Positions 1-9,007 of a stretch of 64,000 nt of DNA are shown here, piece after piece. Each line of letters opens with the position of its first letter. Position 1 is the first letter of the stretch. Made by a program: the position numbers and the translations under genes. The notes under the pieces are model-generated. The model searched no databases and had not been told where the DNA came from. It saw only the letters and a list, made by a program, of their open reading frames with translations. The DNA is taken from contig CAWJSR010000003.1 in NCBI GenBank assembly GCA_963845515.1, forward strand, positions 64,001-128,000. Reading direction: 5' to 3'. Origin of the DNA: an uncultured delta proteobacterium. GTDB lineage: Bacteria; Myxococcota; Myxococcia; Myxococcales; Anaeromyxobacteraceae.

Positions 1-378
1 GGTGCGCGCGGAGGGCTTCAGGAAGAAGCGACGCTCCGAGCAGCGGCGCGTGACGAGGTGCGTGGTTCCCCTGATGACTTGTCGGACGGGAGTCACGCCG
101 CCAGGCATGAGCAGGTGGCGTGCCTGGCCGGACCTCCCGGAATCATTGAGACCGGGCGTTGCCGATCCGTTCGCGGCACGAGCCACGGTTCGCGGAACGG
201 TCCTCTCGGGCGGGGCGCCCCAGGTATCAGCAAGGAAGAGGACATGTGCTTGCGTCTGCTTGGGCGATTTGAACTTGAGTCTCCTGAATCCGGCACACTC
301 CTGTCGTCGTGTGCCCGGACTTGCGGGAAGATTGCCTCGTCGCGGGAGTGGAGGTCCAAGTGTCTCACGTGCAAGTAG
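1..378 (+). CDS. 3' end of a gene entering from outside the window; Cys-rich C-terminus, possibly a polymorphic toxin tail
   Basis: Frame 1 is open from base 1 to TAG 376-378 (...SSCARTCGKIASSREWRSKCLTCK) and overlaps the next gene. The region is A/T-richer than the rest. Frame 2 is also open, so the frame is uncertain. Confidence 0.3.
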   Translation, partial: GARGGLQEEATLRAAARDEVRGSPDDLSDGSHAARHEQVACLAGPPGIIETGRCRSVRGTSHGSRNGPLGRGAPGISKEEDMCLRLLGRFELESPESGTLLSSCARTCGKIASSREWRSKCLTCK

Positions 379-1109
379 CGGGTTCCGCTCGCCTCCTGGG
401 CATCGCTGCGGTCCTGCAGTTGGGTATGGGGTGCGCTGTCGGACGAAATTGCGATTGGACGTGTGGCGCCGACGCCTATATCGAGGCGGAACGCGATGCT
501 GCGGAGTCTATGGGGGCGCCCGAGCGCATTGACCGAGCGTGGATGGCTCGTCGAGCTGCTGAGATGGCGCTCCTTGCGACATGCGTGCCCCCGGTCGCCA
601 CGGTTACTGCAAGCGTCTCGGGGGGGGGCGTGTCCGAGCAGCAGCGGGGGGTTGTCGTTGCGGACGTCAGAGGCTACGACGCGCCAGCGCTCCTGTCGGC
701 CTTGCTAGCCAGTTACCCAGGTGAGCATGATGCGATGGCCAGAATTCGGATTCTCCGTGTATTGAGACTGGCGAAGGAGTCGTCTTTCGACAAGATCGCC
801 GCCTTCGAGTTCGACGTCCTGCGAAGGGAAGCGGAGCCAAGCGTGATGGCGGCTGCGATGAACGTTGTTCGGCGCCTCGGCACTGACATGGCCCCAGCGT
901 TCCTTGCAGAGTACATGTCGCGGGGGCCACGGTGGGTCCTTGTCGCGGCATACGGTGTCGCCAAAGCGATGGGAATCGCCGAAGCAGTGCGCGCGGAACT
1001 CACTCGTCGTGGGGCTAGCGATGCCCTTGATGTCATCGTGCAGTGGGAGAAGACGGGCGAGACGCCCTGGGACCCTGCAAAGCCAGAGGCCACCGAGCCG
1101 TCGAAGTAG
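360..1109 (+). CDS. Hypothetical exported/lipoprotein with HEAT-like helical repeats (possible immunity protein)
   Basis: GTG 360 follows GGAGG; hydrophobic N-terminus then LGMGC; helical-repeat-like segments (ARIRILRVLRLA, VMAAAMNVVRRLG). Confidence 0.5.
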   Translation: MSHVQVAGSARLLGIAAVLQLGMGCAVGRNCDWTCGADAYIEAERDAAESMGAPERIDRAWMARRAAEMALLATCVPPVATVTASVSGGGVSEQQRGVVVADVRGYDAPALLSALLASYPGEHDAMARIRILRVLRLAKESSFDKIAAFEFDVLRREAEPSVMAAAMNVVRRLGTDMAPAFLAEYMSRGPRWVLVAAYGVAKAMGIAEAVRAELTRRGASDALDVIVQWEKTGETPWDPAKPEATEPSK

Positions 1110-1147
1110 CTCACGTCCTCGTGGCCCGGCTTCAAGGCGAAGGCCCG

Positions 1148-1199
1148 AAGGCCCCGCCCGAAGAGAAGGCCCCGCCCGAAGAGAAGGCCCCGCCCGAAG
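1148..1199. repeat. 18-bp tandem repeat (AAGGCCCCGCCCGAAGAG, about 3 copies)
   Basis: Units at 1148-1165 and 1166-1183, partial 1184-1199; intergenic. Confidence 0.9.
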
Positions 1200-1433
1200 G
1201 GGATCTCTGACGGAAGGTGACTCCCGGTTGCCGAGAAGCTGAGCGATCCACGCAAGGATGAGGCAAACAGCCCTGACGGGCGCCAATCGAACGAGATGAG
1301 CGAGCCGAACCGCCAGATCACGACGCTCACGGGCAGCCGAAACGCGGCGCCGCCGATGCGGAGGCGTGGCTGGTCGCACGGCGTCTCGTCTCGGACGCCG
1401 CCAGGGGTGGGTGGGGTCGAAGGAGATGGGAAC

Positions 1434-2055
1434 CTAGCCCGCGCCCGCGACAGCTGCGCCGTGCAGGACGCGCATCTGCCAGGTCCCCGGCGGGAAGAGG
1501 ACGTCGCGCATCCCTCTGCGCCAGGCGGTGAGCGCTTGGCGGTAGGCGTCCCTGAACTCCACAAGCAGCTGCAGCGCCTCGATGCGCTTCCCATTGTTGC
1601 GGCACGCGAGGTGAGGGCTGAGTACGCGGCGTGGCTCTCCGGGAGCGGGGCTGGCGAAGAAGCTCTGGGCGCGGACCGCGGTGGCGCCCATGAAGGAGCG
1701 TCCCTGTTCGGCCAGCTTCGCTGCCTCGGCCTCCTCGGCCTCGCGGAGCGACTCGAGGAGCCGCTCGACGAAGCCAGGATCCTTCTCGAATCCCGGAGGA
1801 GGGGTGAGCTGGAGCTCGACGGAGGCAGGCATGTCACCTTCCTCGTCGAAGAAGCCCATCGGTCGCTGGATGGTGACTGGCCCGGCTCCGATGAGGCTGG
1901 GGTCGGACCAGTGCCCTGGCCATTGGGAGGCGCGGCGCACGAGGCCGGCGGCCAGCGCCCGAGGGCTGCATTGGTGGCCTTGGCGATGAGCGAGTTGAGG
2001 TCCCGCTGGAAGTCGGGAAGCCTGCCGAAGGGGTCGGTGAGCAGGTGGTAGTCAG
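1434..2055 (-). pseudogene. REP-associated tyrosine (Y1/HUH) transposase relic, 5'-truncated and internally deleted
   Basis: DYHLLTDPFGRLPDFQRDLNSLIAKATNAALGRW joins out of frame to AAGLVRRASQWPG...FRDAYRQALTAWRRGMRDVLFPPGTW, typical of myxobacterial RAYT-like transposases. The segment carrying the catalytic Tyr is absent. Confidence 0.75.
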
Positions 2056-2171
2056 GATGGAACGGCCGGCTCCGGTTCGCAGACCGTGGATTACGCTGCC
2101 GCCCCAAGTCGGGGAGCCTGCCGCACGGGTCGCGTCATGAGCTGGGATTCGCGCAACGCGGGGAGAGATCC

Positions 2172-3215
2172 ATGAGAACCTGGAATCGTCTGCTGCGACG
2201 CTGGTCGATGGCAGTGATCGCGGCGACCGCGGGCGTCGCCGCCGCTGGGGACGGTTCCCTCACGCGGTACTCCTACGACTACAACGGGAATCGGGTCGGG
2301 ACCACCATCATCATCCCAGCGACCGGGGTGACGCTCACGCCGAGCCTCCCGAGCCCGCAGGCACCTGGGACCGCCGTGTCCTTCACGGCGGCCGGGCAGG
2401 GGTCCTCCGGATATCAGTACCGGTTCTGGCTGAGCCCGGACAACGCTGCCACCTGGGCGGTGGTGCAGGACTGGAGCGCGACCGACACATGGACGCTCCC
2501 GTCCACGACGGCGGCGGGCAGCTATGTCGTCCTCGCGGACGTCAAGACGAACACCGCCACGACGCTGAGGGATACGTACACCGCCCTCGTCTACACGCTG
2601 GGGACTGATTTCCCCGCGCCAGCCACCGGGGTGACGCTCACGCCGAGCCTACCGAGTCCACAAGTGCCCGGGACCGCCGTGATCTTCACGGCGGCCGGGC
2701 AGGGGTCAACCAACTACCAGTACCGGTTCTGGCTGAGCCCGGACAACGGCGCCACCTGGGCCGTGGTGCAGGACTGGAGCACGACCGACACATGGACGCT
2801 CCCGTCCACGACGGGGGCGGGGAGCTACGTGGTCCTCGCGGACGTCAAGACGATGCCCGGCCCGACGCCGAGGGATGCGTACACCGCCATCATCTACACG
2901 CTGGGGACGGGCCTCCCGCCGCCGGCGACCGGGGTGACGCTGGCGGCGAGCGCGCCGTCGCCCCACACCGCGGGGACCGACGTGACCTTCACGGCGGCCG
3001 GGCAGGGGTCCACCGGATACCTCTATCGGTTCTGGCTCACGTCCGACGGCGGGCAGTCCTTCACCGTCGTGCAGGACTGGAGCTCAACCGCGACCTGGAC
3101 GCTTCCCGGAGCGACGGGAACGGGTGCCTACCAGGTAATCGGCGACGTGAAGACCGATCCGCTTTCCCCGGCGAGGGATGCCTACACATGGTTTGACTAC
3201 GTGATCATCCCGTGA
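2172..3215 (+). CDS. Secreted protein: signal peptide, YD-like motif, three ~100-aa Ig-like (Y_Y_Y-like) repeats
   Basis: RBS GGGAGAG; signal peptide; TRYSYDYNGNR; three repeats of PATGVTL..PSP..GT.V.FTAAGQGS..Y.YRFW..VVQDWS...WTLP...G.Y.V..DVKT. Confidence 0.85.
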   Translation: MRTWNRLLRRWSMAVIAATAGVAAAGDGSLTRYSYDYNGNRVGTTIIIPATGVTLTPSLPSPQAPGTAVSFTAAGQGSSGYQYRFWLSPDNAATWAVVQDWSATDTWTLPSTTAAGSYVVLADVKTNTATTLRDTYTALVYTLGTDFPAPATGVTLTPSLPSPQVPGTAVIFTAAGQGSTNYQYRFWLSPDNGATWAVVQDWSTTDTWTLPSTTGAGSYVVLADVKTMPGPTPRDAYTAIIYTLGTGLPPPATGVTLAASAPSPHTAGTDVTFTAAGQGSTGYLYRFWLTSDGGQSFTVVQDWSSTATWTLPGATGTGAYQVIGDVKTDPLSPARDAYTWFDYVIIP

Positions 3216-3247
3216 CCCCTGGAGCCGCCAACTCGGAGAGACTCGTG

Positions 3248-3980
3248 ATGACCTGTAGACGTCGCCTGCGATGCGGGCTGATGGCAGTGATCGCGGCGAC
3301 CGCGGGCGTCGCCGCCGCTGGGGACGGTTGCCCTCACGCGGTACTCCTACGACAACAACGGGAATCGGGTCGGGACCACCATCATCATGCCAGCGACCGG
3401 GGTGACGCTCACGCCGAGCCTCCCGAGCCCGCAGGCACCTGGGACCGCCGTGATCTTCACGGCGGCCGGTCAGGGGTCCGCCGGATACCAGTACCGATTC
3501 TGGCAGTACGACTATGCCGTGGCCTCCTGGACCGTGGTTCAGGATTGGAGCGTTACGGCGACGTGGACGCTGCCTGGCACGACGCCGGCGGGGCTCTACC
3601 GGGTCGTCGCCGACGTGAAGACGGACCCGCTCTCGATCGTCAGGGACGCATTCGCGTACATCGACTACGACGTCGTCGCGCAGCCGCCCGCGACGGGCGT
3701 GATCCTGACGCCGAGCGCGCCTAGCCCGCATGTGGCGGGGACCGAGGTGATCTTCACCGCCGCTGGGGTGGGATCCACGGGCTACGAGTACCGGTTCTGG
3801 CTGTACGACTACGCCATCGCCATCTGGACCGTGGAACAGGATTGGAGCGCGACCGCGACCTGGACGCTGCTCGGCACGACGCCGCCGGGGCTCTACCGTG
3901 TCGTCGCCGATGTGAAGACGAGCCCGCACACCACCGTCAGGGACGCCTTCACCTACATCGACTACACGCTCGCGCCGTAG
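3248..3980 (+). pseudogene. Paralog of 2172-3215 with two Ig-like repeats; +1 frameshift near 3330
   Basis: Near-identical 5' DNA; GGTTGCCCTC here versus GGTTCCCTC in the paralog; ORF 3387-3980 carries two repeats. May be a sequencing error. Confidence 0.75.
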
Positions 3981-4031
3981 ACGAGCGCGATCGGCGGACA
4001 GAACCGCTTCCGTTGGAGGCGCTGAGCGGCC

Positions 4032-5901
4032 TCAGCCCCGCACCACCGTCCGCGTCACCTGCACCGTGTCGGTCCTGCCGTCCCGGCGGATCGGTGAGCG
4101 TCACCGCCGTCCCCTCCGGTCCCCGGATCGCCTCGACCGCCTCGGACATGCCGAGGTCCAGGACCGGGCGGCCGTCGACGCCGAGGATCACGTCACCCAG
4201 GGAGAGGCCGGCGCGGGCGGCGCCGCCGTCGGCGACGATCCTGATGATGGTGAAGCCGTCGCCGTGCGGGGCGAGCGCGACGCCGATCCCGGCCAGGTCC
4301 ACGCGCGGCTCCTCGTCCGGCGCGGCCGGGCGGAGCGCCACGGTGATGGGGCCGACGCTCGCGCCGGGGGCGGCCTCGATCCCTCCGACGATCCTGGCGT
4401 GGTGGCCCGCTGCGGCGACGAAGATCGACGCGCGGCGCGGCATCCCGGAGAGCGCGAACCTCCCCGCCCGGTCGGTGGCGGCCTCGGCGAGCGCCGGCAG
4501 GGCCGACGAGGCCGACTCGAGCTGCCCCTCCAGGGCGACCCTCGCCCCCTCGATGGGCTCGCCGGTCCCCTCGCTCACGACGACGCCGGTGAGCCGGCCG
4601 CCAGCGGAGAGCCGCGCGTCGGCCACCGCGTCGCCGCGTCCGGGCTCCGGGATCTCGACGTCCATCGCCGTCGAGGGGGCGTAGCCCGGCGCGGACACGA
4701 TGACCCTCGTCCGCCCGGGCGCCAGGCCGTCCAGCAGGTAGCAGCCGGACGGATCGATGGACGCGCGGCTCTCCCGCGCGACCATGCGGAGCGGCGAGCG
4801 GAGGTCGAAGAGGTGGACCGACAGGGAGACGACCGGCGCGCCCGTGGCCGCGTCCGTCGCGCAGCCGCGGAGCCGGCCGCCGTCGACCAGCGTCAGGAGC
4901 ACGTCGCGCGTGCCCGGCTCGACCCTGCGCGCGGAGGCGGGGGCCCGCCCCGTGAGCCGCGCGGTGACGCGCCAGTACCCGGGACCGAGATCGTCCAGCG
5001 TGAAGGCGCCGTCCTCGCCGGTCAGCACGGCCGCGGCGGTGGCGTCGGCGACGCCGAAGCCGAGCTCACGCGCCGCCGCGACGAGCGCGCCTGCGAGGGG
5101 AGCGCCGTCGCGCGAGACGACACGTCCGCCGATCGGGGCCGACGCCGGCATCGCGTGCGCCTGCTCCTGCAGCCGCACCGTCACGCTCCCGCGCGCGCGG
5201 GCCATGAAGTCCACCTCTGCGCGACCCGGGAGGTACCCCTCTGCGCGGGCCTCTACGACCGTCCCTTCGGGCGCAGCGAACGAGAAGCGTCCGTCCGGGC
5301 CGCTCGTGAACCGGTCGGCGATGGGGACGAGCGCCGCCTCCAGGTGGGCGCCGAGGAGCCGCACTTCGGCGCCGGCCACCGGACGCTCATCGGGCCCCAG
5401 CACGCGCCCCTCGATGGGAACGGCGGCGGCGAGCCGAATCGTGACGCCGCGGACGACGCGCCCCTCGACGGCGTCGAAGGAGACCGGGCTGTGGCCCCAC
5501 TCGGGAGCGAACGGAAGGTAACCGGACGCGGTCGCCGCGGCGAGGCGCCAGCCTCCGAGCGTGGGAGGCTGGAAGCGGAAGCGCCCCCAGGCATCTGCGC
5601 GGGCAGAGCCGGCGGCGTCGGCCCTGGAGAAGGTGAGCTCGGCCCCCGCGATGCCGGCGCCGGAGAGCGCGTCCACCACCGTCCCCTCCAGCGCGGCGGC
5701 GGACGCGTCGAGCGGCGCAGCAGACGAGGTTGGAGGCGCGTCAAGCGCGGGCGGTGACTGGGCGCTCGCGCTCCCGGCCACAGTGGAGAGCACCGGCTCG
5801 TCCTTCGGCCGCGCTCCGTCAGCGGACTGCCGCAGAGCGAACCAGGCTGCCGCAGCGATGAGCAGCGCGGCCGTTGCGGCGAGGATCCGGCGGACGTTCA
5901 T
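4032..5901 (-). CDS. Membrane-anchored protein with repeated carboxypeptidase-regulatory-like domains and a C-terminal PDZ domain (frameshift near 4092)
   Basis: N-terminal TM; repeated G.V.D..G.P.AGA.V units; PDZ (GIGVAL..GAARAGLSLGDVILGVDG..IRGPEGTAVTLT). Removing one base restores TIRRDGRTDTVQVTRTVVRG* with stop at 4032. Confidence 0.8.
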
Positions 5902-6077
5902 GGTCAGATCAAGTACCAGCGGCTGGAGGGAATCATTCCGCGTCGGGGGCCTTGAGCCGTGCAGCGGCGGAAGCGCCGGCTCGCGCGGTCTCGAGGCGCG
6001 ATACCCTACTGGGCCGAGCACCGTATTGGGGAGCCCGTTAAGCTGATTGGGTTTTGACTCGCGAGGGGCTCACCCAA

Positions 6078-7502
6078 ATGAACGATTACAGCTACGACCA
6101 CCAGACGGTCCAGGGCTTCATCCTCTCCGCCATCTTCTGGGGAGTGGTCGGAATCCTGGTCGGTCTCCTCATCTCGACCCAGATGTTCGCCCCGTCGCTC
6201 AACTTCGCGCCCTGGCTGACCTTCGGGCGGCTCCGGCCCGTCCACACCAACGGCCTCGCCTTCGGCCTGGGGGTGGGCGCCATCTTCGGCCTCTCCTACT
6301 ACATCGTCATGCGGCTCACGAAGCGGCCGCTCCTCTTCCCGCGGCTCGCGCGGGTTCAGCTCTGGCTCTTCAACGCGGGGATCGCCGCCGCGGCGGTGTC
6401 GCTCATGATGGGCTACACGCAGTCGCTCGAGTACGCGGAGCTGGAGTGGCCGCTCGACGTCGCCATCGTCGTGCTCTGGGTGATGTTCGCGGTGAACGTC
6501 TTCGGGACGATCATCAAGCGGCGCGAGGAGCAGATGTACGTGTCCCTCTGGTACGTCATCGCCACGGTGATCGCGGTCGCCGTCCTGTACCTCGTCAACA
6601 ACCTGGCGATCCCTGCCGGCCTCACGAAGAGCTACTCGCTCTTCGCCGGCACCAACTCGGCCAACGTCCAGTGGTGGTACGGCCACAACGCGGTCGGCTT
6701 CGTCTTCACCACGCCGATCCTGGCGATGTTCTACTACTTCCTCCCGAAGTCGACGGGGCTGCCGATCTTCAGCCACCGGCTCTCGATCGTCGCGTTCTGG
6801 TCGCTCATCTTCGGCTACCTCTGGACCGGCGCGCACCACCTCGTCTACACGCCGCTGCCCGACTGGCTGCAGACGCTCGGGATCGTCTTCACCCTCTTCC
6901 TGATCGCCCCGAGCTGGGGCTCGGTGGTGAACGGCTTCTACACGGTCGGGCAGGACTGGACGAAGATGCGGAGCAACTACCTCACCAAGTTCTTCGTCCT
7001 GGGGATCACCTTCTACGGTCTCCAGACGGTGCAGGGGCCGACGCAGGCGCTCCGCGTCGTCTCGCAGCTCATCCACTTCACCGACTGGGTCCCGGGCCAC
7101 GTCCACATGGGGACGATGGGCTGGGTGACGCTGACCGTCTGCGCCTCGATCTACTACGTGATCCCGAAGATCTGGGGGACCGAGGTCTACTCGGAGCGGC
7201 TGGCCAACGTGCACTTCTGGCTGGTCCTCGTCGGGCAGCTCCTCTTCAACGTGACGATGTGGATCACCGGCATCCGCCAGGGCTGGCTCTGGAAGGCGAC
7301 CGGCGCCGACGGGAAGCTGGTCCACCAGAACTTCATCGAGACGCTCACCGGGAACTACCCCTACTGGCACGTGCGGACGTTCGGGGGGCTCATCTTCGCG
7401 GCCGGCATGCTGGTCTTCGTCTACAACGTGCTGATGACCATCGCGAAGGGCAAGGCGCTCGCGGCGAAGGGCGGCGCGCAGCCGGCCCCCGCGGTCGCCT
7501 GA
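6078..7502 (+). CDS. ccoN: cbb3-type cytochrome c oxidase subunit I
   Basis: FGRLRPVHTN, EYAELEWP, WWYGHNAVG, GYLWTGAHH and HFTDWVPGHVH motifs. Confidence 0.97.
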   Translation: MNDYSYDHQTVQGFILSAIFWGVVGILVGLLISTQMFAPSLNFAPWLTFGRLRPVHTNGLAFGLGVGAIFGLSYYIVMRLTKRPLLFPRLARVQLWLFNAGIAAAAVSLMMGYTQSLEYAELEWPLDVAIVVLWVMFAVNVFGTIIKRREEQMYVSLWYVIATVIAVAVLYLVNNLAIPAGLTKSYSLFAGTNSANVQWWYGHNAVGFVFTTPILAMFYYFLPKSTGLPIFSHRLSIVAFWSLIFGYLWTGAHHLVYTPLPDWLQTLGIVFTLFLIAPSWGSVVNGFYTVGQDWTKMRSNYLTKFFVLGITFYGLQTVQGPTQALRVVSQLIHFTDWVPGHVHMGTMGWVTLTVCASIYYVIPKIWGTEVYSERLANVHFWLVLVGQLLFNVTMWITGIRQGWLWKATGADGKLVHQNFIETLTGNYPYWHVRTFGGLIFAAGMLVFVYNVLMTIAKGKALAAKGGAQPAPAVA

Positions 7503-7514
7503 GGGGGACGAACC

Positions 7515-8564
7515 ATGGCCGGCGCGATCTACAGGAAGCCAATCGCCTTCGCCCTCATGGCGACGGTTACCATCCTCGTCGGGACCCTCGCCACGATGGT
7601 CCTCCCCATGTTCCGGGCCGAGCTGCACGTGAAGGCCTCCGCGGACATGAAGCCGCTCACGGCCCTGGAGCTGGCCGGGCGGGACATCTACCAGCGCGAG
7701 GGGTGCGTCAACTGCCACACGCAGACGGTGCGGCCGCTCCCCTCCGAGGTGGCCCGCTACTACAAGGGCGATCCCACGAAGCCGGTCTCCGCGAAGTACT
7801 CGCTCGCGGGAGAGTTCGCCTACGACCACCCGTTCCTCTGGGGCTCCAAGCGGACCGGGCCGGACCTCGCCTTCGAAGGCTGGATCAAGCCGAGCGCGAG
7901 CTGGCACGCAACCCACTACCGTGACCCGCAGTCGAAGGTCGCGAAGTCGAACATGCCGTCCTACGCCTTCATCGAGAAGACGACGCTCGATCCTTCGGAC
8001 GTCGCCGCGCACATGCGTGCGCTCGCGAAGGTGGGCGTGCCGTACACCGCGGCGATGATCGCGGAGCAGACCGCGGCCATCGCCGGGAAGAACGAGCTGG
8101 ACGCCCTGGTCGCCTACACCCTCTCGCTCGGCAAGTACGTCGACCGCTCGGCCGCCGGCATCCAGCTCGACCTCGAGGCGACGAACCCGCTCGGGAACGA
8201 CGTCGCGGCGGTCAAGAAGGGGCACGAGCTCTTCCTCGCCAACTGCGCCGCCTGCCACGCGGACGAGGGGGAGGGGACGGAGGGGGTCGCGCCGAGCCTC
8301 ATCGACGCGCGCTTCCTGGAGCAGGACGGCGACATGCCCGACGGCGCCTACCACGCCATGATCAAGGGGGGCAGCGACGTGAAGCTCCAGCTCGGCAGGC
8401 CCGGTTACGTGGACAACGGGATGCCGGCCTTCGGCGACCTCTCGGAGGACGACGCCTGGGCGATCGTGGCGTGGATCCGGATGCAGGCGCACCACGAGAA
8501 GGCCGAGGGGCACGACATGGAGCCGGCCCCGAAGTCCGCGCCGCCCGCAGCGGGAGGGAAGTAG
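7515..8564 (+). CDS. ccoO: cbb3-type oxidase subunit II fused to a C-terminal monoheme cytochrome c
   Basis: GRDIYQREGCVNCHTQ, DHPFLWGSKRTGPDL and SNMPSY; second CAACH with a distal MPAF. Confidence 0.93.
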   Translation: MAGAIYRKPIAFALMATVTILVGTLATMVLPMFRAELHVKASADMKPLTALELAGRDIYQREGCVNCHTQTVRPLPSEVARYYKGDPTKPVSAKYSLAGEFAYDHPFLWGSKRTGPDLAFEGWIKPSASWHATHYRDPQSKVAKSNMPSYAFIEKTTLDPSDVAAHMRALAKVGVPYTAAMIAEQTAAIAGKNELDALVAYTLSLGKYVDRSAAGIQLDLEATNPLGNDVAAVKKGHELFLANCAACHADEGEGTEGVAPSLIDARFLEQDGDMPDGAYHAMIKGGSDVKLQLGRPGYVDNGMPAFGDLSEDDAWAIVAWIRMQAHHEKAEGHDMEPAPKSAPPAAGGK

Positions 8565-8566
8565 CC

Positions 8567-8848
8567 ATGGCGAACGAAGAGCTCGACGATCTCTCGAAGT
8601 TCGAGTCGAAGGAGACCTCACACTCGATCCCCGGTGGCTACCTCGTCCTCTACTTCGGCCTGATCCTCTTCGGCATCTGGTACCTCTGGGCCTACAGCCC
8701 CTGGGGGAGCGGCTGGAGCCAGGCGAAGGATCTGGAGGGCGCGGCCTCCTCGGCCGTGAACCTCTTCTGGACGGTCGCCTTCACCGCCATCCCGGCGCTC
8801 GCCGCGCTCCTCATCGTGCTGGCGCAGAAGAACCGGAAGAGGGGCTAG
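8567..8848 (+). CDS. Small membrane protein of the cco operon (CcoP N-terminal-like, no heme motif)
   Basis: ATG just after the ccoO stop; IPGGYLVLYFGLILFGIWYLWAY; two TM segments. Confidence 0.7.
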   Translation: MANEELDDLSKFESKETSHSIPGGYLVLYFGLILFGIWYLWAYSPWGSGWSQAKDLEGAASSAVNLFWTVAFTAIPALAALLIVLAQKNRKRG

Positions 8849-8854
8849 GACCAG

Positions 8855-9007
8855 ATGTCCGGAGAGACCGCCTACCTCCTCCTCGGTGGGGGGCTTTGCG
8901 CCGCGCTCGTTGGCATCATCGTCTTCTACTACTCGGCCCCGAGGCGCGAGCGGGTCGAGCGGGCGAAGCACGAGATGCTCAAGGATGACGACGACGAGCG
9001 GCGCTAG
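8855..9007 (+). CDS. ccoQ: CcoQ-like small subunit (50 aa, not in the ORF track)
   Basis: MSGETAYLLLGGGLCAALVGIIVFYYSAPRRERVERAKHEMLKDDDDERR*: one TM plus a charged tail, inside the cco operon. Confidence 0.75.
   Translation: MSGETAYLLLGGGLCAALVGIIVFYYSAPRRERVERAKHEMLKDDDDERR

Noticed and set aside
1148..1199. Possible CRISPR array
   Set aside because: Repeats are contiguous with no spacers, and there are no cas genes in the window.
5902..6077. FNR box upstream of ccoN
   Set aside because: Only an ATCAA half-site near 5908; no TTGAT-N4-ATCAA.
6006..8621. Long antisense or off-frame ORFs (also 45444-48518 beyond ybaK, 46592-49213 before lemA, 57585-59828, 61386-63974)
   Set aside because: Shadow frames of GC3-biased genes; Arg/Gly/Pro-rich with no recognisable motifs.
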